Part shown: positions 40,463-53,602 of the stretch, piece after piece
Position numbering within the stretch: position 1 is the first letter of the stretch
Layout of the letters: every line of letters starts with the position of its first letter
Assembly: GCF_037042905.1 (NCBI RefSeq)
Contig: NC_087252.1
Span: 17,114,001-17,178,000 of the forward strand
Source: Lytechinus pictus
Lineage: Eukaryota
Length of the DNA: 64,000 bases
Direction of reading: 5' to 3'
Made by a program: the position numbers and the translations under genes
The notes under the pieces: generated by a model
Seen by the model: the letters and a program-made list of their open reading frames with translations, nothing else
The model's database searches: none
Told to the model about the DNA's origin: nothing

Positions 40463-40603
40463 AAGTTGAAATGGTTGAAGAGCAATCTACATGCAGCCCG
40501 GATCAATTCACCTGTCTATCGGGAAACACAACGTGTATTCCTATTGAAAGTCGATGTGATGGTTCACCACAATGTGAAGATCAAAGCGATGAATTACACT
40601 GTG
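40463..40603 (+). CDS. LDL-receptor class A domain exon, copy 1
   Basis: gggcag| and G|gtacgt, phase 1-1. Translates [47 protein letters not shown] (6 Cys, DxSDE). Confidence 0.92.
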
Positions 40604-42117
40604 GTACGTCAATCTTAGATCCCCTATTTAATTTAAGGGACATAATTGGTAGCTTTCGCAATAACTACGCAAATAATTTCTACAACGCACCAATAGAGTA
40701 CCAAAGTATGACGTCAGTTGCCATGGTTTTAAACAGAGTCGCTGCTGACGATCGACTATAGACATTCGTATTTGCAAATGACTTTGGCCCGTCGGAAAAA
40801 TAGGTTACAAGCGATCAAATTACGATAACAGCCGCCATTTTCTCCCACGAGAAACACACGCTTTCATTCATTTGCTTAGAACCAGGCCGCCATGACACCA
40901 TGGCAACTGACGTCATCGCTTCGTTACTCTATTCCTTTGAAAATGCCGCAAGTCAAGCCGCAATGGACGGATGAGATGTTTCAATATCGAAAGTTGGTAA
41001 ACCAGGACAGCAGATCGTCCGAAGATTCGGACCAGCCAACAAATTGCAAATATGTCATTTGTCCAGAGCCCAGGACGACACTGCTGTTTCGATTTATCGA
41101 TATTTGACTAAGGCAGTTGTCATTTAAAACATTTTGACGGAAGATTTTCTGTGTTATAGAAAGCGTCTGAGTAGTGATTGCGAAAACTCCTTAATTACTT
41201 TTAAAAATCCGCCAATCGGTGACCCATAAACTTCACTTTTAAGAGGGCGTCTCTATTTTTACGAAAAATTAACCACATGGGTGTTCCATGGATGTCATTT
41301 GTGTTACGTATTGACCGTACATGTGCCGTATATCCGAATTGTTATGAATTTATTTCAACTGTAACGATTTCACAAGCTTAGCCTTATTAGTAAGGACACA
41401 AACGCCATGAACGCTTTAGGGGATGCACATACATGTGCATCATTATTTTGAACATAGCCACTTATTACTCTCTGGCATGATAATAAATTATATTTTTGTC
41501 AAGACCCTATACCAAATTAGATGTCCATTCCCAGACCTCACCAATGCCGCCCCCCCCCCTCCGAAACTCCCGCTCCTGGTTTCACCCTCGAGAAGTCTTA
41601 AGATCAAGCCCATCCCAGCAAAATTTTGATTTGAATACAAAAAATACACCTAGTTTAACTTTAAAAAATTCTTCGAAATCGGATATAAAATTAAGAAACT
41701 TGTGACATTTCAGAGTTTCGCTTAATTTTGCAAAAACAGTAATATTCACATCTTGGTCGGTATGCAAATGAAGGGACGCTTTCTGGAACGTTGACAATAT
41801 ATTGTCAAAAGCAGAGTTTGTCGAAATCGGTGAACCAAAACAGCACTGTCGACCTGGACTCTGGTCAAACGACAAATTCGCAAGTGTTCATCAGTTCCGA
41901 ATCTTAGGACGATCTGCTGTCCAGTTTCACCAATTTTCGACAATGACCTCCAAGCTGTCATAGTGATTGTAAAGGGATGTTTAATGAATTATCAACGTTC
42001 CAGAAAGCGTTTACGTGTGGCGGCGAATGCTAAACTCGCGCTAGAGGCGGTCGTTGGTACATTACCTTTAACATGGTTACTAAAAACCAGTTTTCTTTGA
42101 CTAATCTTTCTTGGCAG

Positions 42118-42258
42118 AAATTGAAATTGTTGAAGAGCAGTCTACATGCAGCCCCGATCAATTCACCTGTCTATCGGGAAACACAATGTGTATTCCTATT
42201 GAAAGTCGATGTGATGGCTCCCCAGAATGTGTAGATCAAAGCGACGAATTTGACTGTG
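42118..42258 (+). CDS. LDL-receptor class A domain exon, copy 2
   Basis: ttggcag| and G|gtaagt, phase 1-1. Translates [47 protein letters not shown]. Confidence 0.92.
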
Positions 42259-42440
42259 GTAAGTCAATCTTAGTTCCCTATTTATTGTAAAGGATACAGC
42301 ATTATAACAGGGGTTTTAGCAATCACTATGCAGATACCTTTTCTGTGTTATAGAAATCGTCTCACGTAGTGGTTGTGAAAACTCATCCACTACTTTTTTT
42401 GAGGAGCCGCCAATTAGTGACCACTAAACTTCGATTTTAA

Positions 42441-43152
42441 CCCTAAAAGGGCCGGGTTAGCCGGGGCAGATTCCGCCCCCCTCTGATATCTCGGTCGCGA
42501 AAATTTGCAATGCACAATGGTAGTGTGCATAACATCTACGATGCTGTATGGTTATTTTTTTTTAATAATAAGATATTTCATTTAATGAATTAATTATGCT
42601 AATTTATGCATGAAATAAAACTTTTGCACTAATCAACTATCATACGACCCCAAAACTGCTTATTTTTTATTAACAGACTCTTTGTAGGATCCCGATCAAA
42701 ATGTACTTCGAACAAAATTTGGTATTGCAGTTTTTTATTGTTTTTTTAATTTCTTATAATATTTTGTTTTTTCGAATTTTTGTTTTTTATTGTTTTTTGG
42801 ATGGAAATTGTTGCAGACTTAATTCTTATCACAAACAATACAAAATTAATTAGGTTTAATCAGTAAAAGTAGAAATAATGATGCATTTATGAATTTTGGC
42901 TAAATACACAATTTGCATTGGATTTGGACATGATATCACGTTTTTGAGCAGTTTGGGGTCTGACATGAACTTCCATAATGTTGCGTAATTTCGTAACCGC
43001 TTACCCTGGCATCACAAATTTGGTCTCAAATGTTGTGCGAGATTCGAAAGCAAGAAGTCAGCTAGCGGCGCGGTTGAACAATTTTGCTCGCCGGATTTAT
43101 CGTGAAAAATGTGAAGGGGGGGGGGCGAAATCCGCCCCCGGGCCTTTTAGGG
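42441..43152. mobile_element. piggyBac-like non-autonomous element
   Basis: TTAA|ccctaaaagggccggg ... cccgggccttttaggg|TTAA. The paralogous segment has an empty TTAA site at 41239-41242. Confidence 0.9.
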
Positions 43153-43938
43153 TTAAGTGGGAGTCTCCATTTTCACAAAAATATTAATTACGGGGGTATT
43201 TCATGGATGTCATTTGAGTACTGATTGACTGTGCCGTATATCCGAACTGTTATGCATTTGTTTCCACTGTTCTGACTTCACAAGCTTATTAAATTGACAA
43301 TGCCAAGGCCACACACGGTTTAGGGGATGTACATCTGCATCATTATTATGAACACAGCCACTTCTTGCTCTCTGGCATGAGAATACATTACATTTTTGTC
43401 AAGACCCTGTACACGAAATTAGATATCTCTCCCCATTTGGTATATATATATATATATATATAAAGGTTTCATGAGCCTAATTACAATAGGATGGCTAAAG
43501 ATATTCGTTCGACCCAACCCATTCGATTTTTTTTTCAATTTGATATTGCTGATTGACAAAGTGTATGAATAAAATTGAAAATCTAACACTGATTCTAGAA
43601 ATGGTAACCACTGAACTTCCTTTGCCCAAATTGGAATGATATATCATTGACTTTGGAACTATTTTTTGACTGGCGGAAGAATTAGGGCCATTTTACTGTT
43701 TCAGTTGATAAATTTGATCCCATCATAGTTATCTTCATAAATGGCGATTTATTTTTAAAATGAGCTGGCTACGATACCCTTCTCTGGTCAGATATGGAAT
43801 GTCAGATATAATTATATCATATCCAATGGTAGTAAACATTCGACCCTCTAATTTCACGTTTATTTTTTTATGAATTTTTCAAAAGTGCCATTTTAACACG
43901 CAAGTCTATGGGGAATGTTTTACGCGCGTGACACCTAA

Positions 43939-46900
43939 TAGTCGATTTGACATTTTTCGAACCTAGAAATGTTCTTTCCGATGAAGTATTTTTCTTGATT
44001 CGTGTTCCTATGGGGTCCTAGAACAAATTCAGCTTTGTTGCCCAAAGTTGCCGGTTGGGCAATTTTGCTAATTTGCATAAATCCAAAATGGCCGCCACAT
44101 GCCATCTTAAAAACCTAACTTTTGATCCCCTTGCCCTAAAATGATGAGGAATGTCTCCTTTTATGGGTTTAGGGGTGTGTAGAATCCATTTCTATAATCA
44201 TTTTTGCAATATAAGGTCATCTTCAGGTCAAATCCAAGATGGCCGCCAGATGCCATCTTGAAAAATTGAATTTGAACCCCTTGCCCCAGTATGATGAGTA
44301 GTACCTGTGTTTAGTGCTTTAGGGGTGTGTGAAATCTCTTTCTGTTATCTATTTTGCAATATAAGGTTATCTTTAGGTCAAATCCAAGATGGCCGCCAGA
44401 TGACGCCATCTTGAAATATTAACTTTTGAACCCTTTGCTCCAGAAGCATGAATAATAACTATATTCGTGAGTCATTTGGTATGTTGATTCAATTTCTGAT
44501 GTAATTTTGCAACAAAGAATAATCTTCAGATCTAATCCAAGATGGCCGCCAAGCGCCATCTTGAAAAATTACTTTCCGAGGCTTGTAGTGTAAGAACTTA
44601 TGTAAGGGGATTTCAGTAAGAATACTGTTTTTTTTTTTATTAATTCTCAATTTTTAGCTCAAGGGGAAGCAGATCTGAGATGTTGTCAGACGTTCGACAT
44701 TTACTGCTCACCTAAAAGAGAATCCTCTTTATGTTTCGGCTATGATAAATTTTGTATTTGTATTTTTTTAAATGTCCATCCATACTTTTGTACTGAAGAG
44801 GCTGTAAAGTCTTATTTGAATTTGAAATATTTTCACTAAATCAAAGTGTCCAATGATAGGTAGGCATCAGTTCGTCTCAAAAGACGATGGTGTAGCGCGC
44901 TAGGTATTACATTTTCGAGAGTGGTTGTAGAGCTCCGCTTTAGAGTGGCAGTCTCTAAAGCAAATTTTGTACAGATGAGGGAGCATGGCGCTGAGACAGG
45001 TTCAGATGGAGATGCTGCCCTAGCCTTCCTATTTGGTCCTTGGCCTGCCAATGTAGAATTCCGATTATTTTCTGACGTCTTGACCCCTGTACTTAGTAGC
45101 TCTCGATAGATGGCGACTATCATCTACATCTTCACAAGTGTTAGTGTTTATGCCGGCAAGTTTTATGTCACGTTTGCAGGTGTGTTTATAACGGAGGTGA
45201 TCTATCAGGGGACCAGTCACACAGCTCACCTTACATTGGCGAATCCCTTCAAGGATTTACTAAAGTTTCATCCGGCGAACATGAGTCATAAGCTGGGGAT
45301 GCCAGCATGTTCGTGCGCTGAAGGGCCTTATATTCCGGGCTTGTATTTTTCACTCTGTCCTGCCATTTAATGTGTAGGATACGTCCGAGGCAGCTGGCAT
45401 GGAAGGTGTTTAGCCGCTTTTCTTGATCGGCGTACGTTTTCCAGGACTTATTTCCGTTCAGGGGCTTAGCCATGGTTGTGACAGAGTTTCCTATCCTGGT
45501 GCTTATCTCATTGTCCAGTGAAAGGGAACTAGAGACAGATAGTCAATGCAAGGTTGGTAAGGAGTCCACCACAACCAAACGAGTGTGTGGTGTTGATAGA
45601 GATATCTGGAGGACAGTCAGTGTCTTGAGTCGATCAGGATTTCTGTCTTACAGGCTGATGGGTCATCCAAACTCCTTCCATCATGTAGGGGCCTACATGC
45701 AAAAAACAGGCGGCTGTATGACTAGGTCTTGTAGGCCTACTCCAGCTTCTTTATGAAAGGCAGGGGCGACATCTCACGAATGAGAACCATCCTGACCATT
45801 GTTTTGGCACGTAGCCGGTCGATGTTGAAGAGTTTCCCATCTGCTCTGGTACGGATATGTAGATGCATTCTGTGCATTCGCCAAGTGCATACTGGGGAAG
45901 CATGGAGAAGAAGATCCTGAGTGTCAGGGCCAGGCGCAGCCTAATTGCTTCACGCCACTGCTCACAGGAACTGAGGGAAGCTACAAGATGTTCCAGCATT
46001 GTAGCAAACTGTTGACATGGAATGATATGACCATGGATCAGTCTTGGGGAGCCTGTCTTCTACAGGAGGCTAAAAAGTGCACTCGTGCTGACCAAGTCAA
46101 AGGCTTTTGTCAGGACGAAAAGTCCAATGATAATTATAAAGGAAGGTAATAAGTTAACAGATTTTCTGAAAAATACTGAGAAATCACTATTTAGTTAAAA
46201 ATAATACTTTGAAGTCCTTTCACTAGAAAAATATGGCTGGACATAAAAAAATAACTATGAGAACTCCCGAAATAGGTCATAGCCCAAACCTTGAATGGTT
46301 TCATTCCAAGGTGAGCGGTAAATGACAAAATATATCAACCATCTTACCATATCAGACCTTACTTTATTGACCACTGAAAATGGAGAAATTAAAAGAAATG
46401 AATCATTCTTACTGAAATACCCTTACATGAGCTCCTACACATAATAGTAATCTCTTTAGGACAGCATGTCCGATTTTTGGGAGAGTACTTCTTCAAGGTT
46501 CAATAGTCTCGGGGGATAGTTTTTTTTTCATATGGCGTTTACCGGCCATCTTTTTTTTTCTTTATCTGAATGATCCTATATTGCAAAATTATTAACAGAA
46601 ATGGAATCAACATATCAAATAACTCACGAAAAGAGGTATTATTCATGATTCTTGGACAAAGGGTTCAGAAGTAAATTTTTTTTCAAAATGGTATCATCTG
46701 GCGGCCATCTTGGATTTGACCTGAAGATGACATCATATTGCAAAATAGATAGCAGAAAGAGATTCTACACACCCCAAAACCCCTAAACAGAGGTATTACT
46801 CGTCATTATGGGGCAAGGGGATCAAAAGTCAATTTTTTCAAGATGGCATCTGGCGGCCATCTTTGATTTGACATGAAGATGACCTTATATTGCAAAAATG

Positions 46901-47174
46901 ATTATAGAAATGGATTCTACACACTCCTAAACCCCTAAAGAGAGTCATTACTCATCATTTTGGGGCAAGGGGTTCAAAAGTTAAGTTTTTAAGATGGCAT
47001 CTGGCGGCCATTGTGGATATATGCAAATTAGCAAAATTGCCCAAAGGGCAACTTTGGGCAACCAAGCTGAATTTGTTTTAGGACCCCATAGGAACACGAA
47101 TCAAGAAAAAAACTTCATCGGAAAGAACTTTTCTAGGTTGGTGTATTGAGCCTATGGGACTGTCAAATCGACTA
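43939..47174. mobile_element. Long-TIR element (~700-bp arms, TAG...CTA ends, TAA TSD; Academ-like)
   Basis: TAA|tagtcgatttgaca ... tgtcaaatcgacta|TAA. The arms 43939-~44630 and ~46400-47174 are inverted copies with internal sub-repeats. Confidence 0.85.
44890..46110 (-). mobile_element. Decayed RTE-clade LINE fragment
   Basis: Minus-strand peptides LTLRIFFSMLPQYA, RADGKLFNIDRLRAKT and KRLNTFHASCLGRILHIKWQDRVKN are typical of RTE RT and its C-terminus. Frameshifted. Confidence 0.8.
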
Positions 47175-47369
47175 TAAAGGGCCATTTATGATCCATGCGT
47201 TTCATCCACTGATCTCTCCAGAGATCAGTGGATGTAAAATAATAATTTCATCCTAAGTGCGCCATCAACGTCTATTATCATGCAGTGCATAACTACCTGT
47301 GTGTGTGTGTGGGGGGGGGGGGTGGTGTGGTGTGTATCGATAACATTGTTTTATATGGCGTGCATGGCA

Positions 47370-47918
47370 AGTGAGGAAAGTGTTGATTTGAATGAACAGA
47401 GACAAATCAAAATAACACAACGCTGAAAATTTCATCGAAATCGGATGTAAAATAAAAAAAGTTATGACATTTTTAAGTTTCGCCTATTTTTCACAGAACA
47501 GTTGTACGCACAACTCGGAGACCTACAAATGAGATAGTCGATGATGTCCCTCACTCACTATTGTTTTTTGGTTTGAATAATACAATGTTTCCTTTTTTAC
47601 AGATTTGAAAATAAGGACTCACCTGCATTAAAACAATGCACATGTTCAGGGAGGAATTAATCTTCACTTGACAATGAGGTGAAAATTAGAATATTTTATA
47701 TTTCATATAATAAAATGCAAATGAAATAGTGAGTGAATGACGTTATCAGTCTCCTCATTGCATACCAACCAAGATGTGCATATAAATGTAAGTGAAACTG
47801 TAAATGTCATAACTTTCTTATTTTACATCCGATTTGAATGAAATGTTTAGTGTTATGCTTATCAGATTTTTCTCCGTTTATTCAAATCATGTTTTATTGT
47901 GGTGGACTTGTCCTTTAA
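47370..47918. mobile_element. Kolobok-like MITE (aggacaagtccacc family)
   Basis: Ends ggtggacttgtcct|ttaa. Same family as 59544-60768 and ~62170-62614. Confidence 0.75.
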
Positions 47919-48315
47919 CTGACCTTAACTGAACGATGAATTTTAGCAAGTTTGAGGACGAACGAGGAGTAATCAGAATAATAAATTCCAATGGATCCCA
48001 TAGAATCATTAGTGTTTAGCAGTGGTTTGTAATTACGTTTGACAGAAATACATAAATTAAGCCAAGACCCGCTCCCAGGCCACCCCCCCCCCCCCCCCGA
48101 AACTACCGCCCCTTGCTATGGGGCCAACCCTGGTTTCACCCAAGAGAAGGCTAAACGTTTTTACGTGTCTGGTAAGATATATGTATTATCCGGTAAATAA
48201 GCTCGCTTTCTGACAATTGAGGGCATGGCCCTGGAAAGGGAAGGGGGGTGCTGAAGCGCCCCCAAAATTTCCTTGGGGGCGCGTGTATTATTCTCCGTAG
48301 ACAGCACCCCCAGGT

Positions 48316-48866
48316 CCCGGGGGGCCACTTCCATTGACGAGTGGATACCATGCGCGACCATGGGGTCTCGAAAAGCACCCTAAACACGTAATTTCCATAT
48401 TCTGAAAATGCACCCCTTAACAAGTATTGGCGTGTGAAACCCGACCCTTAACAAGTATTGGGAACAAAACGATACTCTTGGCAAATATTCCCTGAAATGA
48501 GCCCCTAAACAAGTACAAGAATATTCTATTGTTATGTCACGGGTCCTTTGGGTGTCGGTTTTCATTTGGTTTAGTACGACCCCACCTTCCACACCTCGCG
48601 CAAATCGGACTCTAAACATGTAGTGTTGGGGCAAAAAGGACATCCTTTATAAAACATTTTAATTTTGTTTTATCATCCCCGCAAATTTGACCCTAAACAC
48701 GTAACTTTCCTAGCGAAATAGATACCCTTTTTTCATTATTTTTGTGTTTTTGACACCCTTATCACGTTACGTACGTAACGTGCCCTATCTTGAAAAAGAC
48801 ATCCTTTTTACGTGTTTTTTTGGTCGCGCATGGTATCCACTCGTCAATGTAAGTGGCCCCCCCGGG
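48316..48866. mobile_element. MITE
   Basis: TIRs cccggggggccacttccattgacgagtggataccatgcgcgacca / tggtcgcgcatggtatccactcgtcaatgtaagtggcccccccggg. Confidence 0.88.
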
Positions 48867-49085
48867 CCCCAGGTATTTTGAAAATTGTGAAAAATTGAAA
48901 ATGTAAGCAAGATTACCTAAATTTTCTTCGTAATTTTTTTTTCTTTTTGCTTTCCACTCTCCTCGGGACCCAAAAATTACCTCCACTTTTTAGTGGAAAC
49001 CGCTTTTTTTTTTCCTTTTTTTCTTTTGCTCTTCAAATTTACTTCAGCACCTCAGTAAAAAAAATTGTTCCTAGGGCCCTGATTG

Positions 49086-49505
49086 AGTGTATTGTTTAGA
49101 GATGTATAAGATTATTAGGGAGTTATAGTTTTTCGGTAAACAGAAGTACAATGTACAAAGAGTTAGAATATATTTTCGACATAGGGCTACGAACAATGGC
49201 AGAACGGAAGTAGGTTGTTGGATAGATAGATAGATGGATGGGTGGATGGATGGATGAAATAAATAACTAAATGAATTAATAAATACATATTAATATTCAG
49301 TGTATTGTTTAGAGATGTATAAGATTATTAGGGAATTATATATAGTTTTCGGTAAACAGAAGTACAATGTACAAAGAGTAAGAATATCTTTTTGACATAG
49401 GGCTACGAACGATGGCAGAACGGAAGTAGGTTGTTGGATAGATAGATAGATGGATGGGTGGATGGATGGATGAAATAAATAACTAAATGAATTAATAAAT
49501 ACATA
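49086..49505. repeat. ~213-bp tandem duplication followed by GATA/GGAT-type microsatellites
   Basis: agtgtattgtttagagatgtataagattattaggg... begins at both 49086 and 49299. Confidence 0.9.
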
Positions 49506-50129
49506 AATAAAGACAGAAAGATAAACAGAAGGATGAAATGGATCGATGTGAATGAATGAATGAATAAATAAATGAATAAATAAATAAACATAGTAATTAG
49601 ATTAAATGGCAACCAGATTGATAGATCGACAGATGGATCGATGGATAGAAAGAAAGAAAAAAGAGAAAAGCAAGATAGATATATCGATAGATAGATAAAT
49701 AGATAGAAGGGTAGATAGATGATAGATTATAAATAGATACAAACATCCGATGATTATGATAGAAAGTACCACATCGTAATTTTGTGTGTGGCGGGGGGGG
49801 GGGGAGGAAGGTCGGAGGTGAACCGCTATTTGAAACCAAATGATATTATAGATATAGTTGACGAATGCATCCTATTCCCGGGTTAAAAATACCTCCCCGC
49901 CAAATGGACTGTCGGGAGAGAAAAAACTTTATAATCGAAACACTAAATGGACAAATGATGGATGTAAATAATCACATATAATAAAAATGTTACTGAATGA
50001 ATCTTAGTTAATCGTTCAGTTTAGTTTAGTACTAATCCAAAGCTCCTGTGGGTCTACCCAAATGTACCTCCAACCCCTCTTCCACCCCTATCTTCCCTTC
50101 CCTCGCCCCTTTTTCGACCTCGCCGATGA

Positions 50130-50305
50130 TTGATTGACGCAAACCACTGCTTACAAAATGGGCAGATATCACGTCACAAATTTGGCCAGGAAATCTAGCC
50201 AATCACATCACCGGAAGAAATGAACAGATGAAAAACAGAAGGTGGTTGGCTAATTAATGTAATAAAAGTCCCGGATGTTTCTCTCATCCTGTGTGCGGAT
50301 GTCCA
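50130..50305 (+). promoter_or_regulatory. Putative proximal promoter
   Basis: CRE-like tgacgcaa (50135) and tcacgtca (50169), CCAAT box agccaatca (50197), and ETS-like accggaag (50210) and ccggatgt (50271), all just upstream of an ATG exon. Confidence 0.55.
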
Positions 50306-50406
50306 AACAAGTGCATGTGTGCATTCTGTAAAATGTACATCAGTTCATTCATTGATGTGGTGTTGATACTCGTCGGACCCCGAATCTGGAACAGTAGGCT
50401 ATCACA

Positions 50407-50461
50407 ATGGAGTGTACCCTTCGAATATTATTACCTTTGCTCTCAGCTGTCACGTTAACAG
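50407..50461 (+). CDS. Putative first coding exon, signal peptide (MECTLRILLPLLSAVTLT)
   Basis: Kozak-like acaATGG, hydrophobic core, strong donor ACAG|gtatgc, phase 1. No downstream exon was identified in the window. Confidence 0.65.
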
Positions 50462-51014
50462 GTATGCTCTTAGTATTATAGTTCCGGGGTTGTAGTTCTG
50501 ACTTTTGATTTTACACGGTGGAAATGAAAGTGATCTGGGTGTATTTTGATGTGTTGCTCATATTATGTTATATATAAACGCTATTTTAATCGTTTTTCTT
50601 ACCCTGACGTTTGACTGAGTAAACAGTGTTCCCCATATCATGCCCGTAATCGTATTTGATGTTCTTTGATCATGTTGTTCATTTGTGGTAGGGTCCATTG
50701 TTGTTTCATCGAACACTTGAGTACATGTATATACCCTCCATCCGGCCCTCCATAAAATAAAGATGAAATAAAAACGGGTGACACCGACAAAGACACCGTC
50801 ACTAGGTCCTAGGTTTGTGTGTATGTGAAAAAGCATTAGCTTCTCAAATACAAATATAAATAATGAGTCACAGATTTTCCAGATTATCGAAATGGAACAA
50901 ACCATACCCGGGTCAGCCATTTCAATGATTCTCCTTTCTCGTCATCGCCATCCCTTGAAGATCACAGGCGTTCACGTTTGCCAGCTTTAATCCTTTATTC
51001 ATCGTGTTATTATG

Positions 51015-52424
51015 AGGTGACAGGACATTGTTTTGCTCCGGCGATGGCGACAATAGCTTCTGGCTTTATTTCGTCTAAGCATGGAGCTATTAAATAATAG
51101 CTCTATGGTCTAAGATATATGGTTCGGATTACGATAGGGTTTTATGTTAGTAGGTTTAAGATAGGGCATTGTGTTAAGGGATATTCCAGCTAGCTGTAGA
51201 GTAAAATTCACAGAGCAAAATGCTGAAAATTTCATCAAAATCAGATAACAAATAACGAATTTATTGAATTCTTGATGGGGAATGAAACCTTTGGAACAAG
51301 TAGGCTTGTGTCAAAACAGAAAAATCTAAGAATAAGAACAAAATCGGACAAATAATGAGAAAGTTATGCGCATTTGAATATTGCAATCACTAAAGCCATG
51401 GAGATCCTCCCATTGACAATGCGACAAGGATGTCTGATGTCACATGTGAACAACTTTCCATTTGATGGACTATAAATACCACCAAAATGTCTCTTTCCTT
51501 GCTTTCATGGTGATACAAACTCTTTATCCATGATGTGTCCTTTAAAAATCTGTATAACATGCCCTCCTATAGAAAGAACACATAATCTACTGATAGATGT
51601 GATAAAAGAGGCAGTTTAAGTGAAATATATACTAAAGTAATGGGGAGAGTTGTTCACAAGTGACATCACACATCTTTGTCGCTTTGCCAATGTGAGGATC
51701 TCCATAGCATTAGTGATCGCAATATTCAAATGCTCATAACTTTTTTATCCGATTTTTATCAAACTTTCGTTTATCTGTTTCTTTGATTTTTATGTTTTCA
51801 CACAAGTCACAAGCTATCTTGTTCTAAAGGTTTCATTCTCTTAATATTTGCATTATCCCGGTGAAACAGTTCTCGCCATGTCTTCATTAGGTGCAGGTGG
51901 GCTGATGATGTCACATCCCCACTACTTTCCTTTTTCCTATGTTCTTAAATAAAATCATAATTGTTTCAGTTTTTCATGAATGTGTAAATGATGTGTCTCC
52001 TTCATGATGAAATAAGTTGCAGCAAGAAATAACTAATGCATTTAATCAGTTATCAAATCGATTATATTAGTTTTTGGTAGAAAAAGTTTTGAATAAACAT
52101 AAATCCATATAATAAATTACAAAAGAACAAGTGGGGATATGACATCATCAGCCCACCTAATGAATATTCATGAGTACGTGCCTAGAACTGTTTCACGTAC
52201 CGGGGTATATATTTTTTATTTTGATAACTTCGTCATTTGTTATCCGATTTTGATCAAATTGTCTACATTTTGCTCTGTGAATTTTACTCTATTTATTGAG
52301 ATATAAATATATTCAGCCCAGCGCATCCCTTTAAAATTTAAATCCAGGGTTGAGGGTTGGATATTCCATTAGTATGTACATTTACAGCGGAGCAATTGTC
52401 GCCGGAGCATAAGTCATGGAACCT
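51015..52424. mobile_element. Three-level nested MITE stack
   Basis: Outer ends ...tgctccggcga / tcgccggagca...gaacc. Middle Kolobok-like element ~51175-52334. Inner element ~51277-51842 (ggggaatgaaacctttggaacaag / cttgttctaaaggtttcattctc). Confidence 0.65.
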
Positions 52425-53602
52425 ATTATCAAATCTCGATTATCGAAAATAATTGTACACAATTTATTTGACTGAACCCCGGATAGATTTTGAGGTGCGT
52501 GTCGAGTGCGTCGAGTCCATCCTTGGCCTGGTCTATCACCGACTAGGCTCAAGTACTTTAAAAAAAAAAAATGTTCAAAGGAGATGTTGCATCATCCACT
52601 TGTTTTGCAGAGATCCTGATCATGGTGATCTCCGGGTGATCTTTGTTTTTATTCATGCTTTGATCGAGAATGCATGCTAATTAGGTGAACCTTGCAAACA
52701 GGTGTGCTATATACACATGATATAATGATGTTGCTGAGGAGTTCCTCCCATCTGCTTTTCAGTGCCGAACGCAGCGCAGCGTAGGGGGCAGGGCGACACT
52801 TTACCCCAGCAATTTTAAAGATGACATTCATCTTGTAATGAAAAAAAAAAAAAAAAGGGGGCTTGAAATCCTCAAATTTCATGCACAGTACCCACAAGAC
52901 ATGCTCGGTCACTTCGCTTCCTTGATTTTGATTTTCTTACAATACTTACGACCCCTCCCTCCTCAGGAAAAAACAAACACAAAATAAAAACAAAACAAAA
53001 TATAATTCTGCGCACGGCCATGACTACATCCTCCAGAGGTGAGATCCCATTTGAATCCTACATTATTCGTTATAAATCTAATAAACACGAAATGTTTTGA
53101 CTAGTTCAAGAGAGGTCAAACTCACATTCGGGTGATCATAATAATTTACTGCAGGTACTTTGGATGTATGAAACAAATATGTGGTCGCCATGGAGATATC
53201 AACTATGCTATTCATTTCAATAATCTGGAGATGGTTTTATTCTTGGTATCTCGTTGACATAACCAGCATTTATAGGCCTACAATGTGTCCTAAGAGAATG
53301 AGGAATCGTAACTTAATCACAATCAACGTTTGATTATAGGATACACACGCAGAAAGTATTTCAATTTCAAACAACCCCAAAGTTTGTTAAAATATTATCC
53401 GAACAACTGCTGATTGTAAGAAAACCCAATTCGTTTTGCGTGGAATTTTCATTTTGTATAGCTGGTAGTTTCGAACAAAGCATTGGTTGGTTAAAACATG
53501 GAAATATTTCTGTTGGAAATTTGTGGTTGAGAACAGAGTATAATTTACAGAGTATTCAATTTACAGAGTAAGAATTTTGAAAAGAGTGTACCTAAAAATA
53601 TT

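Noticed and set aside
53156..53260. Exon 2 of the signal-peptide gene
   Set aside because: The phase-1 frame stops after five codons, and the other frames show no recognisable domain.
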